This document shows positions 44,698 through 57,451 of a stretch of DNA of 64,000 nucleotides, one piece after another. The stretch covers positions 38,626,001 to 38,690,000 of the forward strand of contig OZ024754.1 in NCBI GenBank assembly GCA_964016885.1, in the 5' to 3' direction. Made by a program: the position numbers and the translations under genes. Position 1 is the first letter of the stretch. Each line of letters begins with the position of its first letter. The DNA comes from Eledone cirrhosa (Eukaryota). Below the pieces are notes generated by a model. That model was not told the DNA's origin and did not search any database. It saw only the letters and a list, made by a program, of their open reading frames with translations.

Positions 44698-44929
44698 CCC
44701 TTTAGCATTTACATTACTCCATATTTACTATTATATTTTCATAGTAAAGTCTTTACCTCACATAATTATCTCACATAATATCAAATCTATGAAATTTTTA
44801 TATTATTTATTTTGAGAGCAATACCTTAACATCTGTGTGAGGAGCCAGTTATGGCCAGTTACAGCTGGTTTGAACAGAAAGAGGTGAGAGAATTTAGGCT
44901 GGGGTACAGCTGGTTTAACTGCTTAAGGG
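44698..44929 (-). mobile_element. piggyBac-type MITE
   Basis: TTAA target duplication, CCCTT/AAGGG termini. Confidence 0.82.
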
Positions 44930-45190
44930 TTAACCCATGTGGTAACAGAAAAAAAAACCCATCTCCGGTTTGATGAAGCATCACCACTCCATGCATGCAT
45001 TAGATGGGTTGTCACGTTATGAAACAAGTCAGGTCAGATGACAGTGTCATACTGATATCAAAGTGTTTCTAGCTTGGTTTCAAAGCGTCCACTTTCAGAA
45101 CCTCTGTTCTAAAATATGTCTGTTAAAACATAAGAAAATTATAGGTTTGTTGTTGTTGTTGTTATAATATTCTCTCTTGTATTTTTTCAG

Positions 45191-45301
45191 GTGCTAGCTC
45201 AATTGGAAAGTATTTAGCTAATATTGATTCTGTGTACAGTTCTCTATTTACTGACAATTCCTGGAAGGAGACATTTGAGAAATCAGAAAACCAAAAATTA
45301 G
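45191..45301 (+). CDS. PACS2: PACS exon (G)ASSIGKYLANIDSVYSSLFTDNSWKETFEKSENQKL
   Basis: ttttttcag| ... G|gtaaag, phase 1-1. Confidence 0.92.
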
Positions 45302-45519
45302 GTAAAGCCTTCCTGTCCTATTTTATCTTCTTCAATTATTGTTATAATCCCATAATACCTATCATGTCGAAACAAGAGGGTTAATTCCAATATCATTTCA
45401 TAAAAGAACTATATGTTAGATTCCTCATTATATTGCAGTTTCAGTTTCAGTGGTCTTATTCGCACCAGTCACTAATCTGGTACTTTGTCAAACCCACAAA
45501 GACTACTAGGCTTATTTAA

Positions 45520-45739
45520 CCCTTTAGCATTCACATTATTTTATATATACTATCATATTTTCATGGTAAAGGCTTTACCTCGCATAATTATCTCACATAA
45601 TATCGAATCTATGAGATTTTGAAAGTATTTATTTTGAGAACAATATCTTAACATCAGTTTGAGTGACCAGTTATAGCCAGTTTTAACAGAAAGAGGTAGA
45701 GAATTCTGGCCAGTTTTGACCAGTTTAAACATTAAAGGG
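45520..45739 (-). mobile_element. piggyBac-type MITE
   Basis: TTAA target duplication, CCCTTT/AAAGGG termini. Confidence 0.82.
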
Positions 45740-46244
45740 TTAAAGACAGACTTTACATGCCTCGTTGTAGCTACATCACTGGGTTGTGGGAGTTTTCTTG
45801 GGAGCCACAAGAATGGGCGAAGAAGAGGAAGAATTATATGTTAAGTTACTATCTTAGTAATGAAATAATTAATAATTTTAGTAAATCCCTCAAAATTCTT
45901 CATTAATTAATTGAAATAGAGTGTCAATAGAAATATGGTAATGAGAGAGTTAATCTTCCAATATAATTTTATAAAAGAACAGCCCCAAACCACCGCGCCC
46001 TAGGCCTAGAGCCCACCACGCTCCCCCACCTATTCTTCTGTGACCCTAAAGCACTTGCTTTCCTGTCATTTTCCGTTTTCATAACCACAAAAGTCACTTG
46101 CATGTTTTACAGTAAAACATTATTTAATTTCCACTAACACAAACAAAATAACTATATGTTACTATCTTAGTAATGAAATAATAATTTTAGTAAATCCCCA
46201 CCAAATCCTTCATTAATTAATTGAAATAGATTGTCAATAGAAAT

Positions 46245-46764
46245 GCTCAGAGTTGCTGAAGCATGAAACAAACTACCTGCATCAGTTGTTAGCTGTCGAG
46301 ACACTGCATCCTTTAAAACCTCCATGGAACAAACTACCTGCATCAGTTGTTAGTTGTTGGGACACTGCATCCTTTAAAACCTCCATGGAACAAACTACCT
46401 GCATCAGTTGTTAGCTGTTGGGACACTGCATCCTTTAAAATCTCCATGGAACAAATTACCTGCATCAGTTGTTAGCTGTTGAGACACTTCATCCTTTAAA
46501 ATCTCCATGGAACAAACTACTTGCACCAGTTGTTAGCTGTCGAGACACAGCATCCTTTAAAACTTCCATGCTTCCTAAGATTCACCAACACTAGACCTGA
46601 TATCCCCCCTCCATACACACGCACACATGTATTTCATGACTCGTACACTGTTCATTTTCCCGACATTTCTACATTATTCTATGTACTATACATGCACCTT
46701 TGATGAGTTGCAGTGCACCTGAGCACTGTACACATTAATTTCATTATTATTATTATTATTATTA
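46245..46764 (+). mobile_element. CR1 LINE 3' end with internal five-copy 60-bp tandem amplification, nested in an AT-rich MITE-like repeat
   Basis: Matches 12815-13025; (ATT)n tail; flanks match the 45835-45953 repeat. Confidence 0.82.
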
Positions 46765-46817
46765 TATGTTAACGAGAGAGTTAATACCATTGTTTATTGG
46801 TTGTATTTATATTTTAG

Positions 46818-46920
46818 ATTCACAAGAAATTTACAACCGTATCTCCAAGTATATGAGCAATGCCAACTACCTCCTCCCTATAGCCATTGGGGAAGCTATG
46901 GTCACCTACAAAGGTAGAAA
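46818..46920 (+). CDS. PACS2: PACS exon (D)SQEIYNRISKYMSNANYLLPIAIGEAMVTYKGR
   Basis: attttag| ... AA|gtaagt, phase 1-2. Confidence 0.93.
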
Positions 46921-47220
46921 GTAAGTAGCATATCTTCAATCTTTTCAGGGGTTACATCTCTTTTTTTTTCTCTCTTACACTATGGTTTCACACACACACA
47001 CACAACCACATACATATGAACACGCATGCAGACGTGTGCGTGCACCACACGCACACATATACACACATGCAGACACAAGCTAATTTGTTTCTATATGTGT
47101 CCATGACTGTTTGTGTTATATGTATGCATGTGTACAAATATATATGTATGTATATATGTATTTATATACATATATGTGTGTGTGTGTGTATGTGTATGTG
47201 TGAATATGTGTGTATGTGTC

Positions 47221-47251
<31 letters not shown>

Positions 47252-47388
47252 GTGTGTGTGTGTATATATGTATGTATATATGTGTGTGTGTGTGTGTGTA
47301 TGTGTGTGTATATATATATATGTATGTATATATATATATGTACATGTATGTATGTGTGTGTATATATGTATGTATATATGTATGTATG

Positions 47389-47421
<33 letters not shown>

Positions 47422-47429
<8 letters not shown>

Positions 47430-47993
47430 TAAAATAACAGTTTAAGCAAAGAATCGCTGCTTTCACCCTTAACGGAATCTTCTGAAACTAAAAAAAATCA
47501 ATCTGTGAACGCAGAAGTAAATATTTCAAAAAACGTTGCAACCGAAGGAAGACAGGAAGACGATAGTTTGGTTCGTGGAAATGTTCCCTGGCAAAGAACA
47601 GAAAAAAACGAAGATAATACGTCATTATGTGGAGCGGTGAGAACAATTACACGGAAAGGCAAAACCACGTTTATGGTATAACTGAAGTTATAGACTAAAA
47701 TTCTATTTAGGAAACCGAATGATTCTCGGCTTTGCCAGGGAACGTTTCCACTAACCAAAGTATCGTCTGCCTGTCTTCCTTCCGTTGCAATGTTTTTCGA
47801 AATATTTACTTCTGCGTTCACAGATTAATTTTTTTAGTTTCAGAAGATCCCGTTAAGGGTGAAAGCAGCGATTCTTTGCTTTCACTTTAATCTGTTATTT
47901 TAATAAATATTTGCTCTACGGTTCTTATATATTTGATATATATTTATCCTTATCGAGCCCTCTTTGAATTTTAGTCTTCAAATTTATTATTAT

Positions 47994-47997
<4 letters not shown>
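47422..47997. mobile_element. Fold-back element: arms about 175 bp, spacer 133 bp, asymmetric tail about 85 bp, in (TA)n
   Basis: 47422-47596 versus 47730-47910; family fragments at 29346-29450, 35089-35222 and 43153-43196. Confidence 0.85.
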
Positions 47998-48038
<41 letters not shown>

Positions 48039-48249
48039 CACTGATGTAGGGTGTGTATACATTTATGTGTGTATGTGTGTACATGTACGTATCCATCAGT
48101 TATGTCTTTCCTTATGGTTTATTGATGAGGTCACAATAATGGTAAAAAAAACTCTATTAAAGATATTGATTCCCTTTTTCCAATTTACAAGGAAATACTT
48201 AAATTAGACATATTTACATGTCTATTCTCTCCGTGTATATATACAGATT

Positions 48250-48254
48250 ATATG

Positions 48255-48350
<96 letters not shown>

Positions 48351-48360
48351 TGTATATACA

Positions 48361-48402
<42 letters not shown>

Positions 48403-48444
48403 TGTATATATATATATATATATATATACATATATGTATATACA

Positions 48445-48484
<40 letters not shown>

Positions 48485-48526
48485 TGTATATATATATATA
48501 TATATATATACATATATGTATATACA

Positions 48527-48566
<40 letters not shown>

Positions 48567-48574
48567 CATATATG

Positions 48575-48632
<58 letters not shown>

Positions 48633-48693
48633 TGTATATATATATATATATATACATGTATATATATATATATATATACATGTATATATATAC

Positions 48694-48745
<52 letters not shown>

Positions 48746-48792
48746 GTATATATATATATATGTATATATATATATGTATATATATATATATG

Positions 48793-48823
<31 letters not shown>

Positions 48824-48834
48824 GTATATATATG

Positions 48835-48917
<83 letters not shown>

Positions 48918-48996
48918 GTATATATACATATACATATATATATGTATATATGTATATGTATATATATATATATACATATATATATGTATATGTATA

Positions 48997-49027
<31 letters not shown>

Positions 49028-49544
49028 GTATATATATATGTATATATATATATATACATATGTATATATATATACATATATATATGTATATATATATGTA
49101 TATATATATATATACATATGTATATATATATACATATATATATGTATATATATATGTATATATATATATATACATATGTATATATATATACATATATATA
49201 TGTATATATATGTATATATATGTATATATATGTATATATATGTATATATGTATATATATATGTATATGTATATATATGTATATATATGTATATGTATATA
49301 TATGTATATGTATGTATATATATGTATATATATGTATATGTATATATATGTATATGTATGTATATGTATGTATATGTATATATATGTATATATATGTATA
49401 TGTATATATATGTATATGTATATATATGTATATGTATATATATGTATATGTATGTATATGTATATATATGTATGTATATATATATATATATATGTATATG
49501 TATATACGTATATATGTATATATATATATGTATATATATGTATA

Positions 49545-49593
<49 letters not shown>

Positions 49594-49674
49594 GTATATA
49601 TATATGTATATGTATATACGTATATATATATGTATATGTATATACGTATATATGTGTATATATATATATGTATA

Positions 49675-49719
<45 letters not shown>

Positions 49720-49882
49720 GTATATATATATGTATATGTATATACGTATATATGTATATATATATACGTATATATGTATATATATATGTATATGTATATA
49801 CGTATATATGTATATATATATACGTATATATGTATATATATATATGTATATATATGTATATATATATATATGTATATATATT

Positions 49883-49915
<33 letters not shown>

Positions 49916-50238
49916 GTATATATATTTATATATATGTATATATATATGTATATATATTTATATATATGTATATATATATATATATGTATGTATATATATA
50001 TATGTATGTATATATATATGTATGTATATATATATGTATGTATATATATATGTATGTGTATATATATATATATATGTATGTGTATATATATGTATGTGTA
50101 TATATATGTATGTGTATATATATGTATGTATATATATATATATGTGTGTATATATATATATATATATGTGTGTATATATATATATATGTGTGTATATATA
50201 TATGTATATATACATATTATATATATATATATATATAT

Positions 50239-50282
<44 letters not shown>
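48250..50282. repeat. 2-kb (TA)n/(TATG)n microsatellite
   Basis: Direct inspection. Confidence 0.97.
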
Positions 50283-50835
50283 AGATTATACAGTCTTGGT
50301 TAAACACTATACTGTATATGTACAGACATAAATTTATTGTATACTTCTCCTACTTAGTGAACAGTTTAACACACACACACACACACACTTAACACACATA
50401 GTGTATGCAAAAGGTCAAGGAAAAAATCACACAACGGAACATTACAGTCAGTACAATGATGATATATATTAGTTTAATGCTTGATATAGTAGGAAAAGAG
50501 TGATAACGTTTTGGACATTAGTCCTTCATCAAAAGATAGATGGAGGATTAAAAGAAGAAGAAATGGAATTTTATTTTTTTACAGAAAGAAAAGCACAAGT
50601 GTTTAGTCACCCATTTTCTCTCTCTCTCTCTATCTCTCTTTGTTTCTGACTTTCTCCCTCCCTCTTTTTCTCCACCTCCCTCTCTCTCCGTGTTTGTCTC
50701 ACTCTCTCTGTTTCTGTCACTCTGTGTTTCCCTGTGCCTCTCTTCCCCTTTTCTCTCTCTCTCTTTCTTCACCTCACTCTCTCTCTCTCTCTCCGTGTTT
50801 CTCTCACCCTCTCTGTTTTTGTCATTCAGTGTCTC

Positions 50836-50859
<24 letters not shown>

Positions 50860-50866
<7 letters not shown>

Positions 50867-50936
50867 AATCTGTCCTACCCTGCTTTGCTCTCTCTCTCTC
50901 TCTCTCTCTCTCTAATCTGTCCTACCCTTCTTTGCC

Positions 50937-50992
<56 letters not shown>

Positions 50993-51059
50993 TCTGTCCT
51001 ACCCTTCTTTGCCCTCTCTCTCTCTCTCTCTCTCTCATATCTGTCCTACCCTTCTCTGC

Positions 51060-51097
<38 letters not shown>

Positions 51098-51190
51098 ATC
51101 TGTCCTACCCTTCTTTGCTCTCTCTCTCTCTAATCTGTCCTACCCTTCTCTGCCCCCCCTCTCTCTAATCTGTCCTACCCTTCTTTGCCC
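50860..51190 (+). repeat. About seven copies of (CT)n-aatctgtcctacccttctttgcc (branch point + pyrimidine tract)
   Basis: Ends a few nt before the acceptor at 51199. Confidence 0.85.
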
Positions 51191-51199
51191 TGTCTCTAG

Positions 51200-51277
51200 A
51201 CTAGCCAGATCATCAAGTGTTCAACCTATGAGACAAGATGGATTCTATAGTAGCTACCACCACTCAACTGCTGCCAG
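51200..51277 (+). CDS. PACS2: Probable in-frame cassette exon (K)LARSSSVQPMRQDGFYSSYHHSTAA(S), phase 2-2
   Basis: Branch-like ctctaat + pyrimidine tract + tctctag|, 78 nt stop-free in the required phase, CAG|gtaaac donor. Confidence 0.65.
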
Positions 51278-51369
51278 GTAAACGACATCAGGTCAAACCA
51301 TCATGCTCCATGCTCCCTCACTCAATTGGTTACCCTCATGGCTCTGGGCATGAATCACCGCACACCGTA

Positions 51370-52230
51370 CCGCACACACACACACAGGCACAAACACACA
51401 TGTCCACATACACACACGCACTTCAGACACAGGCACACATGTCCACACACACACACTTCAAACACAGGCACACACACATACACACTTCAAACACAGGCAC
51501 ATATGCACACCTGTCCACACACACATACACACTTCAAACACAGGCACATATGCACACCTGTCCACACACACACACTTCAGGCACACACACATACACACTT
51601 CAAACACAGGCACATATGCACACCTGTCCACACACACACACTTCAAACACAGGCACATATGCACACCTGTCCACACACACACACTTCAAACACAGGCACA
51701 TATGCACACCTGTCCACACACACACACTTCAAACACAGGCACACACATGTCAACACACAGACACTGCAGACACAGGCACACACACACACTTCAGGCACAC
51801 ACACAGGCACATATGCACACATGTCCACACACACACACTTCAAACACAGGCACACACGCACACATGTCCACACACGCACACATGTCCACACACACACACT
51901 TGTCCACACACACACACTTCAAACACAGGCACACACGCACACATATCCACACACACTTCAAACACACACACACTTCAAACACAGGCACATATGCACACCT
52001 GTCCACACACACACACCCATGTTCACACTCCTACACACACTCACATGCACACATATATTCACACTACTACACACGCACACACACACACACACATGTTCAC
52101 ACTCTCCTCCACACACTCACATGCACACATATATTCACACTACTACACACGCACACACACACACACACACATGTTCACACTCTCCTCCACACACTCACAT
52201 GCACACATATATTCACACTACTACACACGG
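51370..52230. repeat. CA-rich compound minisatellite
   Basis: cacttcaaacacaggcacatatgcacacctgtcc repeats. Confidence 0.9.
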
Positions 52231-53047
52231 TGTTTCTTTGTTGTGTGTTATTTATACAACATAGTGTGGTAGCAGCACTATATAACCCTATTAGTTGATT
52301 TGTGTGTGTGTGTGTATGTGTGTATGCGTATGCATGTGTAGGGCCCACCAGCAGCAGCAGGGGCAGCAGCATCGGTAACAGCAGGGCCCAGCATGGAAAT
52401 TGTACATCACTAAATTAGCACTGTAGTTGTTAGGCACCCAGTAAAATCTGTTGTGACTATTTCAATCATCACCATCATCATCATCATCATAACCATCATA
52501 ACCATCATTATCATCATCACCATCCTCACCATCGCCATCATGAATATCATCACCCTCATCATCATCACCACCATCATCATTGTCATCACCATCACCACCA
52601 TTATCATCACTGCCATCACCATCATCATCACCATCATCATCACCACCATCATCATTGTCATCACCATCACCACCATTATCATCACTGCCATCACCATCAT
52701 CATCACCATCGTCACCACCACCACCACCACCATCACCATCACCACCACTATTCCAGGGTTTTGTGTGTGGTTATTCCCTTGTATTACCCTAAAGTGCAGT
52801 CCCCCCCCCCTACTATTGGGGAACTTATCCCTTGTTCATATTTGTTATTGTTTTCTTTCTATTTTCTATTGTTATGTATATTTATTACAATTTTTATTAT
52901 TATTATTATTATTATTACCTTTCCTACTGTTTTCACTTTAGTGATGATCCCTTTTCCTTTACTTGATGTAAACCCCACTTTGTGTTGTATAGTCTTTGTC
53001 CTCTAATGTCCTGGGCCCTAGTGCCCAATAAAAAGAATCATTATTAT

Positions 53048-53221
53048 TGGCAGTATCGGTAGAGGGTCGGACGCCATGCTTTCCAGCATAGTTACCTCCC
53101 TTTACGATCTGAGTTCAAATCCCGCCGAGGTTGACTTTGCCTTTCATCCTTACGGGGTCGATAAAATAAAGTACCAGTAATGCACTGGGTAATTGCTGGC
53201 CTTGTGCCTAAAGTAGAAACA

Positions 53222-53252
<31 letters not shown>

Positions 53253-53455
53253 GGTGGTGGATTGGCAGTATCGGTAGAGGGTTGGACGCCATGCTTTGAC
53301 GCATAGAGTTACGGCTTTTTCCATTATGAGTTCAAATCCCGCCGAGGTTAACTTTGCCTTTCATCCTTACGGGGTCAATAAAATAAAGTACCAGTAATAT
53401 ACTGGGTAATTGCTGGCCTTGTGCCAAAAGTAGAAACAATTATTATTATTATTAT
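53048..53455 (+). mobile_element. Two tandem SINE family B copies
   Basis: Match to the 17997 element. Confidence 0.9.
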
Positions 53456-53529
53456 CATTTGTTCCTCCTTATAACTTAGTGCTATTTTCCTGAAATCCCT
53501 CTCCCCAAAATACATACATATGTTTATAC

Positions 53530-53561
<32 letters not shown>

Positions 53562-53606
53562 GAAAAAGAACACAAGAGCGTCTACAACATCAAAAGATTT
53601 TTATTG

Positions 53607-53651
53607 GCTTACAATGTTTCTTCCTTACGTAACCGTAGGATTCATCAGAGC
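53607..53651 (-). ncRNA. Mirror-image minimal hammerhead-like motif (CTGATGA variant)
   Basis: Reverse-complement arm of the 53554-53768 palindrome. Confidence 0.58.
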
Positions 53652-53670
53652 TATAAAAACCCCTTTTATA

Positions 53671-53715
53671 GCTCTGACGAATCCTACGGTTACGTAAGGA
53701 AGAAACATTGTAAGC
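53671..53715 (+). ncRNA. Minimal type I hammerhead-ribozyme-like motif
   Basis: GCT-CTGACGA-A[TCCTACG gtta CGT(A)AGGA]A-GAAAC-att-GTA^AGC: core boxes, stem II, tiny stem III, 3-bp stem I. A-A replaces the usual R-Y pair closing stem II. Confidence 0.6.
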
Positions 53716-53903
53716 CAATAAAAATCTTTTGATGTTGTAGACGCTCTTGTGTTCTTTTTCATATATATGGCTCTGCTCCAAAGCATAGAGCTAATTATTA
53801 TGCTGCCAATACCTTAATGGGACACGGGTATACAATACCTAACTCCTATTAACCTAAGTATTTATATATATATATACATATATTTGTATCTATGTCACAC
53901 ACG

Positions 53904-53972
<69 letters not shown>

Positions 53973-54489
53973 TAAGTATTTCCATAGAAAAGGTGCAGGA
54001 AAGAAGAGTGCTCTATGTATTGTACAGAGCTATTTAATTACATAATAAACAACACAATATAATTATTCCATTACTGAAGGTTTCAAGAAACTAGATGATT
54101 CTTACGGAAACATCCAGCCTGTTTGTCAGATAAAATAATGATCTATCTATCTATCTATCTATCTATTGTATGTAAACTTCCCCCTTTGTATTTGTCCCCT
54201 TCTTTTGTGACTAATAAAGAAATATATCTATCTATATATATATATGTATATTTATATATATATATATATATAAATATATATATATATAGATATATATATA
54301 TATACAATATATTAATAAATGGAAACTATATTTATAAAACCATATTTATTTTATTATACATATTTCAAGGGCAACCAAGGCAAATTATGGTGCGCTTTCA
54401 TCAGATAAAATACAGATTTGTTTTATAAATAAATATTGACATACCCGGAAAAAAAAGACAACCTTAACGGTTGGAGCTTCCTGAGTCCA

Positions 54490-54628
54490 GAAATAGCCAT
54501 CGAAACGGCTTGAGCTCTGCCGTCAGGGTCATACTTTTTCCTATTTTCCACTCTACTACCCTAAGTATTGAGTACTCCGGTGCGTTATGGTCCATCTGGT
54601 TCCTTTCCTTACCACATTTCCTTTGTTA

Positions 54629-54705
<77 letters not shown>

Positions 54706-54830
54706 ATAATGAAGGAAGTGTGGTAAGGAACCAGATGGACCATAACGCACCGGAGTACTCAATACTTAGGGTAGTAGAGTGGGTAATAGGAAAATGTTTA
54801 ACCCCGACGGCTGAGCTCAAGCCGTTTCGA
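54490..54830. mobile_element. Tail-to-tail inverted pair of an interspersed repeat around (TA)n
   Basis: Arms of about 130 bp are reverse complementary; related to 9700-10058. Confidence 0.85.
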
Positions 54831-55383
54831 CATTTAAATAAACGCTGAAAGTGTTTGAAATTTGAAAATGTGAGAGTCCCAAATAGCAGCTTCATTGTAG
54901 GCAATAGCACCTTCTGTCACATTTTTTCCATCACTAAAGATTATTTACCCAAAATGTTCAACTATTATTTATAGTGATCAACTGTTATTACAGTTATTTT
55001 CTATATTTGGGATTCTCACATTTTCAAATTTCAAATATTTTAGTTTGAATCAATTTTGATATTCTAGCATGTGTGTTTGAGTTGTTTAGTAACAATTCTG
55101 TGTTATCTGCTCTTTAGATTTAATGTATTTACCGTTTCATGGATATATTTCTAATGACATAAACTCTAATGACATAAACTCTAATGACATAAACTCTGAC
55201 ATAAACTCTAATGACATAAACTCTGTTTCACTAAATTAATGAAGAATTTTGAGAGATTTACTAAAATTATTAATTATTTCATTACTAAGATAATAACTTA
55301 ACATATAGTTCCTATATAAAATTATGGTGGAAGACTTTAATTTTTATATTTATATATATATATATCTCACTTCTTCTCGCACA

Positions 55384-55436
<53 letters not shown>

Positions 55437-56424
55437 GTTATGCTTTGGGAGGGTCATGTTGCCAATAAGAAACACATGCACCAGTTGCTTTCACTCCAAT
55501 TTATTATAAATTAAATTTATAAATATCCGGTTGGTTGGTTAGTTGTTTCGTCACACATTCTGTGACCTCTTCAGTGACTGATATAATATATATATATATA
55601 TATATATCCGGAAGACATCAGCTGCATTCCAACCTGGAGGGGGGGGGGGGCGTGACCTCTGCCAGGTTTAAAGAGCCCTAGGCACACCATATGTCAAGAC
55701 AGTGCCCCTTACAACTCCATCAGAAGTTACGGGTCCTTTAAGCATGATTTTATTTGGAGGTGGTAGAGGGAAAGTGAGCAATGTGGGGAATAATTATTGT
55801 TACTGCTCTTATGTTTTCTAACTATGATTTACTGTTTTACTGGTTTCAGTCATTGGACTGCGACCATGTTGGAGCACCAGCTTCAAACGTTTAGACGATC
55901 TTGTCAAAAGTCTAAGTTATGGGACATAAAAGGACAACACTAGCATAAATTACAATGATTTTTAGAACATAAACATGGACACACACAGAAAGAAAAGGCT
56001 TCTGCATAGCCACCATCTAGCAGATTCAACTCACAAGTTATTGCTTAGTCCTAGGCCATAGTAGCAGATACTTGCGCTAGGTGCCATGCTGTAGGATCAA
56101 ACTTAGAACTATGTGGTTGTAAAACAAACTTCTAACCTGAATCTATATGAAATATAAATTAAATTTTTTCAGTTTTAAGCTAGATTCTTCTCTCAATTGT
56201 TTATTAAAATTTATTTACAATAACTTTCTTTTTTTTTTTAACATTTTTTTTTTCTGTTTCCCTAATTTTCTTTATTTTAGCCTTCAAGGATGTTTGACAA
56301 TTGGTCTTTTTCTTGATGAAATCTTAATTCAGTATATGCCAAATTAAAACACTACTTTCACTGCCAATATGTCTATCTTTATATCCTCTGTCTGACAGTC
56401 TTCTCTCACATTTTCTACTTTCAG

Positions 56425-56467
56425 CAGTGATGAAGAGTCAACACAAATATTTATTCCTTTTATCAGT
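56425..56467 (+). CDS. PACS2: PACS exon SDEESTQIFIPFIS (NAGNAG acceptor)
   Basis: tttcag|cag ... AGT|gtaagt, phase 2-0; resembles PDEESSQKFIPFVG. Confidence 0.93.
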
Positions 56468-56887
56468 GTAAGTGACACCTTTGGTTTATTTCATTCTTTG
56501 TCTCTATTCATATCCACCATCTACATACAAACATATATTTATGTGTATAGAAAAATTGTGCATTATGCAGCTTATTATTCTAGAAAACTATGATTATTTT
56601 CATATTGTATTAACATATCGGTGTATTAACATTCATTCATTTGAGTGATAAACCATGAAATTTAGCAAACACTGCATGACATACCCATCTGTTCTGGTGT
56701 TACCAGCTTACCCGTTTTCATTTGGTCACAGACTTTGATAGCAGCAGAGTTGGCTATGACCAATTTAGGCCACTACTGGTCAGTTGATTGACAGCCTGAC
56801 TATTATCTTTTACTCTCTAAATTCTTTACTCACATCATTAGTCTGTTAACTGTATAGGCATGATATTATTTACAGTAACAATGGATT

Positions 56888-57291
56888 GGGCGGTGGATTG
56901 GCAGTATCGGTAGAGCGTCGGACACCATGCTTTCCAGCATAGTTACGTCCCTTTACGATCTGAGTTCAAATCCCGCCTAGGTTGACTTAGCCTTTCATCC
57001 TTACGAGGTCGATAAAATAAAGTACCAGTAATGCACTGGGTAATTGCTGGCCTTGTGCCTAAAGTAGAAACAATTATTTACAGTAACAATAATAATAATA
57101 ATTGTTTCTACTTTTGGCACAAGGCCAGCAATTACCCCAGTGCATTACAGGTACTTTATTTTATCGACCCCGTAAGGATGAAAGGTAAAGTTAACCTCGG
57201 CGGGATTTGAACTCAGAATGACAAGGGCCGTAACTCTATGCGTCAAAGCATGGCGTCCGACCCTCTACCGATCCCGCCAACCCACTGCCCA
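56888..57291. mobile_element. Tail-to-tail inverted pair of SINE family B
   Basis: + copy 56888-57078, - copy 57097-57291. Confidence 0.9.
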
Positions 57292-57451
57292 ATAATAATA
57301 ATAGCTATAATGATGGCAATAATTAAAAAAAAGGGGGAAACAAAAGGAAAGAAAGAATAGGGAAATATAGAGAAAGAAAGAAGAAAAAGAACGGGGTGGA
57401 AAGAGCTATGGTGTCACAGAAGAGAGCGGGGAGGGTGACTGGGCTTTGAGC

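Larger units (their letters stand above)
53554..53768. repeat. Near-perfect palindrome: 105-bp arms, 5-nt loop, one mismatch
   Basis: Manual pairing; only A53644/C53678 is mismatched. Confidence 0.95.

Noticed and set aside
47498-47821. 107-aa minus-strand ORF
   Set aside because: Lies within an inverted-repeat element; no recognisable domain.
48214-50331. Long ORFs up to 688 aa, and many similar YI/CV/HT-rich ORFs elsewhere
   Set aside because: Translations of (TA)n, (TG)n and (CA)n microsatellites, open in several frames on both strands.
52453-52941. Ile/Thr- or Ser/Pro-rich ORFs
   Set aside because: (CAT)n/(CAC)n trinucleotide repeat.
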